A stretch of DNA of 63,683 nt, the filler included, from Octopus bimaculoides (Eukaryota): NCBI RefSeq assembly GCF_001194135.2. It is 8 parts of 8 records of this genome, joined end to end, with 100 filler letters (N's around TTAATTAATTAA, not from the genome) between each part and the next. Parts side by side here need not be neighbours in the genome. Positions count along the whole stretch, not along the records: positions 39,557 to 51,522 come from NC_068982.1; positions 51,623 to 56,220 come from NW_026348204.1; positions 56,321 to 57,475 come from NW_026425681.1; positions 57,576 to 58,723 come from NC_068981.1; positions 58,824 to 61,517 come from NC_068996.1; positions 61,618 to 63,683 come from NW_026342856.1; 2 more parts are not named here. One strand, 5' to 3'. Shown here piece by piece: positions 49,942-62,626 of the stretch. The position numbers and the translations under genes are program-made. Each line of letters begins with the position of its first letter. The stretch's first letter is position 1. The notes below the pieces were generated by a model. The model was not told the origin of the DNA, ran no database searches, and saw only the letters and a list, made by a program, of their open reading frames with translations.

Positions 49942-51435
49942 NNNNNNNNNNNNNNNNNNNNNNNNNNNNNNNNNNNNNNNNNNNNNNNNNNNNNNNNNNN
50001 NNNNNNNNNNNNNNNNNNNNNNNNNNNNNNNNNNNNNNNNNNNNNNNNNNNNNNNNNNNNNNNNNNNNNNNNNNNNNNNNNNNNNNNNNNNNNNNNNNNN
50101 NNNNNNNNNNNNNNNNNNNNNNNNNNNNNNNNNNNNNNNNNNNNNNNNNNNNNNNNNNNNNNNNNNNNNNNNNNNNNNNNNNNNNNNNNNNNNNNNNNNN
50201 NNNNNNNNNNNNNNNNNNNNNNNNNNNNNNNNNNNNNNNNNNNNNNNNNNNNNNNNNNNNNNNNNNNNNNNNNNNNNNNNNNNNNNNNNNNNNNNNNNNN
50301 NNNNNNNNNNNNNNNNNNNNNNNNNNNNNNNNNNNNNNNNNNNNNNNNNNNNNNNNNNNNNNNNNNNNNNNTAGGAAGAAGTGGATATGTAAATAAGCAT
50401 GTATGTATGTATGCATTATCCATATGTGTCAGTGTGTTTACTTGTATAATGATAACGAAAAACAATAACAAACCGCATCACACCAAACAAGGAATGATAC
50501 AAATATTTACTCAGCAGAAAAAAAGAAAAAATCTTACGCTCAGAAATCAGAGGCGAACTATTTCACCCGGTCTTTCACTGACATTGCTTCTGTCTCTGTC
50601 TCTAACTCTCTGTTTGTCTCTCTCAGCTTCTCTTGTTTACTCTCACACTCATACGGCCACAAAGGCCCGTACAGACACAAAGAACACTCACGCATGCAAG
50701 CATCAGACGTTAAGGCAGAAACACTCAGTCACATACGTATGCATATAAGCATATATCGAGTTCAAAGGGCAAGGGAAACTGTGATATTTATATTCTACCA
50801 TTACGGATGATACCTACTGGAAAATGTTGATAACAAGAAGCAAGCTATGTGTGCATTGCCAAATTGACAAAGCATTGCATGTGAAGTGAACATGAAGCAA
50901 TTTGAATTCCCTCGCGGGATCAGCACATGGCACGAACCAGATGAATTAGAAATAATTTTCTAGTGTCTATTTGATAACGTTATCTCTCTGCAACCTCGCT
51001 ACTATTTGCAATTTGCAGCCATAACCTTTTCCGCTTTCATCTCCAAGTCGTTGATGAGGTTTTGGGGGAAAATGGCGGGACATTATAACGAAATAAGATT
51101 CAGATGGAGGAAACCGATTATATATATATATGTGTGTGTATGTGTGTGTGTGAGTATGCGTGTATGTTTTTGTAGGTTTGTGTGTGTGTATATGTTTTAT
51201 CTGTTTGTGTTTGTGTGTGTGTGTATATGTGTGCATATGTATGTGTGTGTATGTATTTATGTACGTACATCTAATGGCAAAGTGAAATAGAATGCGTATG
51301 ATAAGACGTAGTAGAGCCAGTAAACAGACGCTAACGACGAAACAAGAAGAAGAAGGAGAAAAAGAAGAAGAATAGAAGAAGAAGAAGAAGAAGAAGAAGA
51401 AGAAGAAGAAGAAGAAAAAGAAGAAAGAAGTAGTA

Positions 51436-51472
<37 letters not shown>

Positions 51473-52043
51473 AAGAAGAAGAAGAAGAAGAAGAAGAAGA
51501 AGAAGAAGAAGAATGTGGAGGANNNNNNNNNNNNNNNNNNNNNNNNNNNNNNNNNNNNNNNNNNNNTTAATTAATTAANNNNNNNNNNNNNNNNNNNNNN
51601 NNNNNNNNNNNNNNNNNNNNNNATTTCTCTGCCCATTCTCCTAAATGTGCGTTTTCTTGTTTTTAATGCGATACATTTTTTAAACTTTAAATTTAATTCT
51701 TTTGGCGCATAACGTATTTCTTTCGGCTGTTTATTTATTTTTAAACATCTTACTTTAAGATTCTAGCCGATTCTTTTCTCTTAATTTAAAATGAGACAAT
51801 TTCTGATGTTAATCTTAACTTGTATTTTCTCATGCATTTTTTTTTGTTTTTTACTGATGTAGTTACAGCAAATATAAATTACTCTATAATTTATTCCAGG
51901 TGCCTTTGAGAAAATACATAGGTATTAAAACATATGTACTGTTGTAAGGTATTTATTTATATAATATAATATACATTCTACACTTCCTCGTACTCAATCC
52001 TGTTTTTAGTGTTCACCATGGTACGCACACACATGTATGCTTT

Positions 52044-52074
<31 letters not shown>

Positions 52075-53128
52075 CTTTCTCTCTCTCTCTCTCTATCTCT
52101 TTCTTTCTCGCTCTCTATCTTCCTCTCTCTCTCTGTCAGTCAGTCTGTCTGTCTGTCTTACGTTATCAAATGTTAAACTTATATAATCGTCTATAGTGCG
52201 ATATAAAAGAAATCTTTTTTTTTTTAGTTAATATCGATATTAACNNNNNNNNNNNNNNNNNNNNNNNNNNNNNNNNNNNNNNNNNNNNNNNNNNNNNNNN
52301 NNNNNNNNNNNNNNNNNNNNNNNNNNNNNNNNNNNNNNNNNNNNNNNNNNNNNNNNNNNNNNNNNNNNNNNNNNNNNNNNNNNNNNNNNNNNNNNNNNNN
52401 NNNNNNNNNNNNNNNNNNNNNNNNNNNNNNNNNNNNNNNNNNNNNNNNNNNNNNNNNNNNNNNNNNNNNNNNNNNNNNNNNNNNNNNNNNNNNNNNNNNN
52501 NNNNNNNNNNNNNNNNNNNNNNNNNNNNNNNNNNNNNNNNNNNNNNNNNNNNNNNNNNNNNNNNNNNNNNNNNNNNNNNNNNNNNNNNNNNNNNNNNNNN
52601 NNNNNNNNNNNNNNNNNNNNNNNNNNNNNNNNNNNNNNNNNNNNNNNNNNNNNNNNNNNNNNNNNNNNNNNNNNNNNNNNNNNNNNNNNNNNNNNNNNNN
52701 NNNNNNNNNNNNNNNNNNNNNNNNNNNNNNNNNNNNNNNNNNNNNNNNNNNNNNNNNNNNNNNNNNNNNNNNNNNNNNNNNNNNNNNNNNNNNNNNNNNN
52801 NNNNNNNNNNNNNNNNNNNNNNNNNNNNNNNNNNNNNNNNNNNNNNNNNNNNNNNNNNNNNNNNNNNNNNNNNNNNNNNNNNNNNNNNNNNNNNNNNNNN
52901 NNNNNNNNNNNNNNNNNNNNNNNNNNNNNNNNNNNNNNNNNNNNNNNNNNNNNNNNNNNNNNNNNNNNNNNNNNNNNNNNNNNNNNNNNNNNNNNNNNNN
53001 NNNNNNNNNNNNNNNNNNNNNNNNNNNNNNNNNNNNNNNNNNNNNNNNNNNNNNNNNNNNNNNNNNNNNNNNNNNNNNNNNNNNNNNNNNNNNNNNNNNN
53101 NNNNNNNNNNNNNNNNNNNNNNNNNNNN

Positions 53129-53370
53129 GTAGGTGCCTTAGGTATAATAAAAAAATATTCAGACAAATACATAACAAAAACACCAGGACTTACAAATATA
53201 TATAACATACAGAAAATTGCACTACTGGGTACTGCACACATTCTACGCAAAACACTTTCAATACAGTAAACATAAGAGCACCACAGCAAACCACAGCATA
53301 TACCCAAGGCGCACAGAGCTGCGCTCGGTAGTGAAGTGAAAGCACGTTATAAAAATAAGACTACTGAATA

Positions 53371-53400
<30 letters not shown>
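53129..53400 (+). mobile_element. R4/Dong-like non-LTR retrotransposon 3' end (RLE C-terminus, UTR, (TAA)n tail)
   Basis: 53129-53269 reads VGALGIIKKYSDKYITKTPGLTNIYNIQKIALLGTAHILRKTLSIQ*, then a ~100-nt UTR and (TAA)n. The 5' part is in a gap. Confidence 0.8.
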
Positions 53401-53405
<5 letters not shown>

Positions 53406-53481
53406 AATAATAATAATCTTTTCTACTCTAGGCACAAGGCCCGAATATAATAATAATAATAATGATAATGATAATGGTAAC

Positions 53482-53521
<40 letters not shown>

Positions 53522-53608
53522 GTAACAATAACTTCATATTGTGCAGTTGCATACTGTATCAAAGCTTCGTGTGTGTATGTATGCGCGCGTGTGTGTGTGT
53601 GTGCGTGC

Positions 53609-53639
<31 letters not shown>

Positions 53640-53952
53640 TGTGTGTGTGTTACAGCCACTTTGCTTTACCATCGCGTGATATTTGTTAGTGAATGTCGTT
53701 GTTATGTAAACGCACTCACACACATATATATACACATACACAACCACACACAGAGACACACATACACATACGCACAAACATACACACAGGCGTATGTATG
53801 TGTGTGTATCTGTGTATCTGTGTATTTGTAAGTCTCTCTGTGTGATTGTGTGTGTATGTGTGTGTGTGTGTGCGTGCGTGCATGTGCATGTGTTTCGTTT
53901 GTGTTTGAAATGAATTTATCTTCGTATCTATATGTCTGTTTGCCTGTCTGTT

Positions 53953-53985
<33 letters not shown>

Positions 53986-54003
53986 AGCTATCTATCTATC
54001 TAC

Positions 54004-54037
<34 letters not shown>

Positions 54038-54050
54038 GTCTGTCTGTTTG

Positions 54051-54093
<43 letters not shown>

Positions 54094-54950
54094 GTCTGTN
54101 NNNNNNNNNNNNNNNNNNNNNNNNNNNNNNNNNNNNNNNNNNNNNNNNNNNNNNNNNNNNNNNNNNNNNNNNNNNNNNNNNNNNNNNNNNNNNNNNNNNN
54201 NNNNNNNNNNNNNNNNNNNNNNNNNNNNNNNNNNNNNNNNNNNNNNNNNNNNNNNNNNNNNNNNNNNNNNNNNNNNNNNNNNNNNNNNNNNNNNNNNNNN
54301 NNNNNNNNNNNNNNNNNNNNNNNNNNNNNNNNNNNNNNNNNNNNNNNNNNNNNNNNNNNNNNNNNNNNNNNNNNNNNNNNNNNNNNNNNNNNNNNNNNNN
54401 NNNNNNNNNNNNNNNNNNNNNNNNNNNNNNNNNNNNNNNNNNNNNNNNNNNNNNNNNNNNNNNNNNNNNNNNNNNNNNNNNNNNNNNNNNNNNNNNNNNN
54501 NNNNNNNNNNNNNNNNNNNNNNNNNNNNNNNNNNNNNNNNNNNNNNNNNNNNNNNNNNNNNNNNNNNNNNNNNNNNNNNNNNNNNNNNNNNNNNNNNNNN
54601 NNNNNNNNNNNNNNNNNNNNNNNNNNNNNNNNNNNNNNNNNNNNNNNNNNNNNNNNNNNNNNNNNNNNNNNNNNNNNNNNNNNNNNNNNNNNNNNNNNNN
54701 NNNNNNNNNNNNNNNNNNNNNNNNNNNNNNNNNNNNNNNNNNNNNNNNNNNNNNNNNNNNNNNNNNNNNNNNNNNNNNNNNNNNNNNNNNNNNNNNNNNN
54801 NNNNNNNNNNNNNNNNNNNNNNNNNNNNNNNNNNNNNNNNNNNNNNNNNNNNNNNNNNNNNNNNNNNNNNNNNNNNNNNNNNNNNNNNNNNNNNNNNNNN
54901 NNNNNNNNNNNNNNNNNNNNNNNNNNNNNNNNNNNNNNNNNNNNNNNNNN

Positions 54951-55038
54951 TTTCCTTCCTTCCCCCTCCCAAAAAGAAAAGCTCTACATTGTATTTGTCC
55001 CATCTTCGTTGAGCCCTGTGTGGCTAATAAAAGAAATG

Positions 55039-55104
<66 letters not shown>

Positions 55105-55105
55105 C
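54951..55105 (+). repeat. Interspersed repeat 3' end with (TATC)n tail; second copy at ~61005-61120
   Basis: ttccccctcccaaaaagaaaagctctacattgtattt..gttgagccctgtgtggctaataaaa is present at both sites. Confidence 0.7.
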
Positions 55106-55657
55106 ACCTGTGTTTGAGAGTGTGCATGGCATCCTCCAGATGCACAAGCTCTGTTGATAACGGAATTCTGCTGAACTCATTCACAGTACTTGCATTTCAT
55201 TTCGCCGAAATTCATTGATGCACTTGCCATATCCAATATGCATATAACATAACATCCGCTCGTGTGGTTTCGTTATTTCGCCTAAGATAACGTTTTATCA
55301 TTCATCACTTAGGCAAAATCAGAAAATTATTTCGTTCTCAGTCTGTTTTCTATCTTTCTTCCTTTCTTTTTTTTATGCATTAAAACGTACGTTAATGAAA
55401 GTAGAGGATGACAGGACTGCAATGGATAGATGGAGTAATTCATAAATGGAGTAATTCACTATGTTGCAATTTGTACTAAAATCACTTCTTGTTTTAACCG
55501 GCGGTGTTGTGTCAAGCATATAAAAAATATACGAAGATATACGGGCTCAGACGCGCATATACATGCATCCATAAATACACACATTTAAACACAAACGCTT
55601 GCATAGAATCATATACAAGCCCCCCCCCACACACACACAGATATATGCATGCTTATA

Positions 55658-55730
55658 CAGTAATCTCTCGACTATCGCGCGAGTTACGTTCCAAAACCCG
55701 TCGCGATATGTGAAAATCCGCAAAGTATAA
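55658..55730 (+). mobile_element. pogo/Tigger-like left-end fragment
   Basis: TA|cagtaatctctcgactatcgcgcgagttacgttcc..gtgaaaatccgc. Confidence 0.45.
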
Positions 55731-55737
55731 AAAAAAG

Positions 55738-56032
55738 TACCGTACTCTTTTCGCTCTTTACTCTTTTACTTGTTTCAGTCAATTGACTACGGCCATGCTG
55801 GAGCACCGCCTTTGGTCGAGCAAATCGGCCCCAGGACTTATTCTTTGTAAACCTAGTACTTATTCTATCGGGTCTCTTTTGCCGAACCGTTAAGTTATGG
55901 GGATGTAAACACACCAGCATCCCCGTTACTTAGCAGTTCGGCAAAACAGACTGATAGAATAAGTACCAGGCTTACAAAGAATAAGCCCAGCATGGCCGCA
56001 CTCAAACGACTGAAACAAATAAAAGAATAACA
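55738..56032. repeat. Fold-back fusion of two family B tails
   Basis: A minus-strand tail to ~55920 is joined directly to a plus-strand tail starting ccccgttacttagc. Confidence 0.8.
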
Positions 56033-57050
56033 GGAAAGAATATATATGCATGAATACATACATACATACACGCATGGATGCATACGTGCATACATACACA
56101 TACATACATATACACGTGCATACACACATACATGCATATACATGCATGTATATATATATATATATATGTATGTATATATATATATACATACATACATATA
56201 TATATACAGTCATATAAATTNNNNNNNNNNNNNNNNNNNNNNNNNNNNNNNNNNNNNNNNNNNNTTAATTAATTAANNNNNNNNNNNNNNNNNNNNNNNN
56301 NNNNNNNNNNNNNNNNNNNNAAGAACTCTTCCAGTTTAACTAAAAATAAATAATGATAAATTCCAAAATTTAGTTTCCAGACGATAAACCCAACAACACA
56401 TTTTATTGAAGAAACAGACGATAATGGCGTTCGGTCGTAATGAAAGCTTGGCTGTTCAGAACCAGAAATTAGATGAGTTCGTAAAACAATCTGACCATTA
56501 TTACCAGGTACAGTACAGTATTGTAACTAGTTTATAAATATCTATCCGTACAAACACACAAAAAGGTTGTTAGCCAATGCTTTTCAAAGTTATTTTGGCG
56601 TAAAACCTGTTACACGATTTTCCCTAATATTAGAAAATCTTATGTCTATATTCTAAGGACAAACTCCTATTTCCTAATTTTAATGAGATATCAAATGAAA
56701 ATATTTTTTAAAAAACAACAACATATAATGACTTGGCGGGGTAATCTTTAACTATAGCGGCGTTAATAATGGTGAATGGACAAATATATCTTGACTGTTT
56801 TATGTCCTTATATTTTGTAATATATACACACTCTGTACGAGTGGGAGTGTGTTTGTGCTTATATGCACACATGCATACGCATATGTGTGTTGTATGTATA
56901 TGTGTGTATTCATTTTTTTCATTTTATCTAGTTTCAACTCATGAGCTGTGGCCATGCTGGGGTACCGCCATTTAAATAGCTATTTCCACATATGTATATA
57001 TGTGTGTAAATATATATATATATATATATATGTAAATACACATACACACA

Positions 57051-57305
57051 CATCATCATCATTATTATCATCGTCTAACGTTCACTTTCCATGCTGGTAT
57101 GGGTTGGACAGTTTGATTGCTGATTGCCAAGCCACGAGACGGCACTGGCATCGACCACGCTCGAATGGTGCTTTTTATGTACCACCAGCACGGGTGTCAG
57201 TCAGGCGGCATTGGCATGGGCCATGACTACAATTTCACTTAACTCAACAGGTCTTCCCAAGCACAGCATATTGCCCGACGATTAAAGGGTGCTTTTAAAT
57301 GGGCC
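57051..57305 (-). mobile_element. Rearranged RTE-tail copy
   Basis: catcatc...cgttcactttccatgctggtatgggttggac, followed by UTR-unit sequence (gaatggtgcttttatgtaccacc). Confidence 0.65.
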
Positions 57306-57575
57306 AACATAAAAAATAATTTTAAATTTGGATATACACCTGTCTGTTTAAAGCACATTCACTGTCTTTGGCTACCTGTTGACATTAACAATAGATACGA
57401 CTTCGCCTATATTGCCAAGTGCTTTATAGGTACGAAACTAATGGTCACTCTATGACCCGCCATGACTTTTAACTTNNNNNNNNNNNNNNNNNNNNNNNNN
57501 NNNNNNNNNNNNNNNNNNNTTAATTAATTAANNNNNNNNNNNNNNNNNNNNNNNNNNNNNNNNNNNNNNNNNNNN

Positions 57576-57612
<37 letters not shown>

Positions 57613-58439
57613 CAAATAGATGTACATAAACGCATATGACTGGATATGTAGATATATATGGAGTCATGCCAATGTGCGTATTTATGCATGTAGGTATATA
57701 TGCATACATAGAGAGAAGTGATTAAGAGTGAGAGAAAATGACAGAGATAATGAGGGAGAGAATGAGAGGAGGGAAAGGGAGGGAGGAATAAGTTCCAGTT
57801 CTCTGCAAACATATATACACTCGGTGTGCTTACATTTCCGCAGAAATATAAACACGCAAGTAACACACAAAAAAAAAACAAGATTTTTAACGGGAAATAT
57901 AAACCATTGCCAGAAATCCCTGAAAAATGTGTCTCAGAAAAGATGGTTTAAATAATTATAAATGACTGTGGTAGTTATTGTTTTGTTGATGTTGTTGTCG
58001 ATGGTGAAGAAGACTAAAGCACTATTAAATGATGGCGACTGACTCCCGATGAATATGATGAATTGATGAATTGATGAATTGATGAAGATGGTTATGACGA
58101 CGAGGTGGATAAGGATGAAAAGGAGTACAGGATGAGGATGTCTATCATGTGGAGGACGATGATATTTCACTCCTTGAGTTGATACTGATAATAACGGACT
58201 TTAGGTTGTTGGCGGTAACGGTGATGACGATGAAAATGCGGAGGAGAAGGAAGAAGAAGACCTAGATGATGTCGATGATGACGATGGCGATGATGATGAT
58301 ATTGATAGTAATTTTCATGATGTGGGTGATGGCGTTGTGGTAGCTGTTAATGGGTTGGTAATGAAGATATAATAGCATGTCAGGTGATGAAAATTAATTT
58401 TGGCATGTAATGAATGATATTCTTATTAATAATGATTAA

Positions 58440-58723
58440 TATTATTATTATTATTATTATTCAGTAGTTTTATTTTTATAACGTACTTTCACTTCACTAC
58501 CGAGCGCAGCTCTGTGCGCCTTGGGTATGTGCTGTGGTTTGCTGTGGTGCTCTTATGTTTACTGTATTGAAAGTGTTTTGCGTAGAATGTGTGCAGTACC
58601 CAGTAGTGCAATTTTCTGTATGTTATATATATTTGTAAGTCCTGGTGTTTTTGTTATGTATTTGTCTGAATATTTTTTTATTATACCTAAGGCACCTACT
58701 ATGATAGGAATTGTTTCTGTTTT
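58440..58723 (-). mobile_element. Second R4/Dong-like 3' end, inverted relative to 53129-53400
   Basis: 58723-58559 reads KTETIPIIVGALGIIKK...RKTLSIQ*; same UTR and (TAA)n tail. Confidence 0.8.
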
Positions 58724-59056
58724 NNNNNNNNNNNNNNNNNNNNNNNNNNNNNNNNNNNNNNNNNNNNTTAATTAATTAANNNNNNNNNNNNNNNNNNNNN
58801 NNNNNNNNNNNNNNNNNNNNNNNATATAATAGAGTTATTAATATTTCTAAGTCTCTCTAAAGGAGACTACGGCAGCGGTACTGGAAATTAATAGTTATCG
58901 CCAAGCCAACATGGCAGTCCCAAAATTAGGACGAAAGCTGCCGTGAATTAGCTCCAAGAAGCCATCGCCTCTAGCTAGCTATGTGACACACGAAACCTGT
59001 GTCCTTTATAACCTTCGAACAGGGGAGGTCAGCAGTGTCCCCCTGCTGGTTTGGCA

Positions 59057-59098
59057 TCTGCAGACTAGTTTCAGGGTGTTGCCCCTTGTCAATGCAGA
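59057..59098 (-). ncRNA. Degenerate type-I minimal hammerhead ribozyme (PLE pseudo-LTR type)
   Basis: Minus strand: tctgca (stem I)-ttgacaa (CUGACGA core with 2 changes)-gggg caaca ccct (stem II)-gaaa-ctag-tc-tgcaga (stem I partner, 6-bp perfect). Confidence 0.6.
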
Positions 59099-59217
59099 GC
59101 AGCCAAGCCCTATGTATGTATGTATGTATGTATGTATGTATGTATATGTTATATATATATATATATGTATATATACACACACACACATGTATTTATATAT
59201 ATGTATATGTATTTATG

Positions 59218-59264
<47 letters not shown>

Positions 59265-59827
59265 ATGTATGTATGTATGTATGTGTGTGTGTATGAAACA
59301 TATGGTTGCTTTCGTTGTTTATTTATCATATTTTTGTGAGTAACGAAATAATGAATAACATTTTTCGAGAATCTTAAGTATTTGCATGGATTTTCAAACC
59401 TCTGCGGCGCACCCAGATATCGCTTGAGATGCACCGGTGCACGGGCAAGAACCGTTTGTGAACCTCTGCTATACAGAATAGAGCGAAAGAGAGCGAGAGA
59501 AAGAGAGAGTGAGAGAGAGGGGCGGGAGAGAAAGAAAGAAAGAAAGAGAGAATATCTTGGTGGAAGGTGGAGTTTTTAACGAAAATTCAAATATACGTAT
59601 GTACGTACGTATGTACGTACGTATGTATGTGGGTATGTATGTATGTATGTATGTATGTATGTATATGTTATATATTATATATGAAGTATATATGTATGTA
59701 TCTATGTACGTATGTATTATGTAATGTATGTACGTGTGTGTATGTATACGTATGTATGTATGTATGTATGTATGTATGTATGTATTTTTATATGTATGTA
59801 TTTATGTACATATGAATGTATTATGTA

Positions 59828-59859
<32 letters not shown>

Positions 59860-59968
59860 GTATGTATGTATGTATGTATGAATGAATGTATGTATGTATG
59901 AATGTGTGTATATATTTCTATGTGTATCTATTTTTGTATGTATGCGTGCGTGTGTATACGTACGTGTG

Positions 59969-60007
<39 letters not shown>

Positions 60008-60032
60008 GTGTGTATATATTTCTATGTGTATA

Positions 60033-60221
60033 CGTAAAAGCACCCACTACACTCTCTGAGTGGTTGGCGTTAGGAAGGGCGTCCAGCTGTAGAAACTCTG
60101 CCAAATTAGATTGGAGCCTGGTGTAGCCATCCGGTTTCACCAGTCCTCAGTCAAATTGTCCAACCCATGCTAGCATGGAAAGTGGACGTTAAGCGATGAT
60201 GATGATGATGATGATGATGAT
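60033..60221 (+). mobile_element. RTE-tail copy
   Basis: Near-identical to 50-236; (GAT)n tail. Confidence 0.85.
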
Positions 60222-60691
60222 GTACATGTGTGTGTGTGTACGTGTATGTATGTACATGCGTGTGTACGTATGTATGTATAAGTATGCGTGCGTATGTTTG
60301 TTTGTGTCTTCACACTGGTAGATTAGATGAGAAGGTAAGTTGATAGAGTGTTAGGAAGGTTAGTTAGTTTGGTAGGTATGCAGGTTGGTAGGTAGGTGGA
60401 TAGGTATGTAGAGAAGTAAGGAGGCCGTAATGATGATATATAAACATGTATGTGTGATTGTATATATGTAGCGGGATGGGTGGACGGGTGATAGAGAAAG
60501 GTAGGTTGATAAAGTAAGAAATAAAAACTGAAGAACTAAAGGAGATAGATAGATGGCTAATTAGGCGGAGAGATATATAGACAGATAAGTAAGAAAGTAT
60601 AGAGGTGGAGATTATATATACATGTACATTTGTATGTGTTTCTGTGTGTGTGTGGTTTTAGCTTACATCTGTATGTATATCTATTTATCTA

Positions 60692-60721
<30 letters not shown>

Positions 60722-60723
<2 letters not shown>

Positions 60724-60844
60724 GCCGTGGGAAAAAAAGCCTACGGAAAAGACCACGGTAACCTTGGTCAATATTGACAATAACAATGACAACATTGACC
60801 AAGGTTACCGTGGTCTTTTCCGTAGGCTTTCCTTTCCACGGCTA
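60722..60844. repeat. 51-bp inverted repeat with 21-nt loop
   Basis: Arms 60722-60772 and 60794-60844; 3 mismatches, inner 37 bp perfect. Confidence 0.95.
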
Positions 60845-61087
60845 AACCTAAACTGTCCTCCCCTCTTTTTACACGTGAACATTACTGTGATACACGATCC
60901 CTATTGATCGCTTTTTTTTTCGATCCCTTTTGATCGAACTCCCCCCTTTTTTCCCCTTCCTACGATCCCTTATGATCGACACACCCCTACTTTTTTTTCT
61001 TTTTCTTCCCCCTCCCAAAAAGAAAAGCTCTACATTGTATTTATCGCATCTTTGTTGAGCCCTGTGTGGCTAATAAAAAAAATGTAC

Positions 61088-61119
<32 letters not shown>

Positions 61120-61122
<3 letters not shown>

Positions 61123-61333
61123 ATTTCTTTACTGTCCACAAGGGGCTACACACAGAGGGGACAAACAAGGACAGACGAAGAGATTAAGTCGATTATATCG
61201 ATCCAGTGCGTAACTGGTACTTATTTAATCGACCTCCGAAAGGATGAAAGTCAAAGTCGACCTCGGCGGAATTTGAATTCAGAACGTAAAGACAGACGAA
61301 ATACCGCTAAGCATTTCACCCGGCGTGCTAACG
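61120..61333 (-). mobile_element. Family D SINE
   Basis: Reverse complement of 40585-40800; flanked by (TATC)n. Confidence 0.85.
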
Positions 61334-61420
<87 letters not shown>

Positions 61421-61978
61421 CTATCTCTATGGACGGACGGTAGACGTGTCGGCTCCGTAAGTTTTGCCTTTTTCATGTTTTAAAAAGTTTGTTTGTAAAG
61501 TTTATTTTATATACAAANNNNNNNNNNNNNNNNNNNNNNNNNNNNNNNNNNNNNNNNNNNNTTAATTAATTAANNNNNNNNNNNNNNNNNNNNNNNNNNN
61601 NNNNNNNNNNNNNNNNNTTCTTAAGGTGCCAGAAGGAAGATAAGAATTTCTATGAAAAATTAAATATGTGTGTGAGTGTGCCTGTGAGTTCATGTGTTTG
61701 GAAATATGTTTATGTCTTGACTGTGTAATTTTGATGTTTTGCATTGAAAAATAAAGTCAGGTTTCTTTTAATTTCATGTTTTTGCATAAAGAAACATTAG
61801 TACAATATTTGCAAATTATAGAGATGAGTACCATGTTATAAATATTGGGGCAGAAACAACAATAATAGCATTTTTTTTTTCTTTTTCCATAAGGTGTCAG
61901 AAAGTTTTGAAAAATAAAGCCAGGTTTCTTTCACTTTTATGTTTTGTATGAACAAACATTATTTACAAATTAGAAAGA

Positions 61979-62538
61979 TATGTAAAGTTCTGATTATCTA
62001 GATCTATTCCATCTCAATCAGATTTTTTAATTAATCTTTTTTTAATTAAGCAGTTTGAAACTTCAAATACTGGTAGAATTTCTCACGTAGAATACGGTTT
62101 ACTCTGAACATTTTTAACAAAATTTCATATTTTAGAAGTTATTTCATGTTAAAGTTGTCGTATTTGGGTAATTTCAACCAATCAACGACATGTATTCAGT
62201 TGAAGACAGCTATTGCTATTTGCAATAGTAATTAGCAATAGCTGTCTTCAACTGAATACATGACCCGGAAGTTGTTCCTCTTCAATTACTATCACAAACA
62301 GCAGTAGCTTTATTCAACTTAGTACATGTTGTTTAGTGGTTGAAATTACCCAAATACAACAACTTTAATATGAAATAACTTCTGAAATACGAAATTTTGT
62401 CAAAAACATTCGGAGTAAACCGTGTTCTTCATGAGAAATTCTACCAGTATTCGAAGTTTCAAACTGTTTAGTTAAAAATAATTAATCAAAAAATCTGTGA
62501 ATGAGATGGAATAGATCTGAATATCCCAATGTTACATA
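61979..62538. mobile_element. Long-TIR fold-back MITE with an internal perfect hairpin
   Basis: ~200-bp imperfect TIRs (agatctattccatctc...acgacatgta / tacatgttg...gagatggaatagatct). Superfamily not assignable. Confidence 0.75.
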
Positions 62539-62626
62539 TATACCTGAATATCTATAGAGATGAGTATCATGTTTCCAATATTAGAGTTACATTTAGAATC
62601 AAAAATGCAAATTCTCCACTTTTCTT

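Noticed and set aside
59385-59478. Tiny hAT/Charlie-like MITE
   Set aside because: TIR match is weak and there is no 8-bp TSD.
30073-61573. Seven identical TTAATTAATTAA motifs
   Set aside because: Always centred in 100-bp N gaps, so an assembly placeholder rather than biology.
1600-61744. Long ORFs in the track rich in [13 protein letters not shown], poly-E, poly-K or poly-S
   Set aside because: They are translations of microsatellites and N gaps, not genes.
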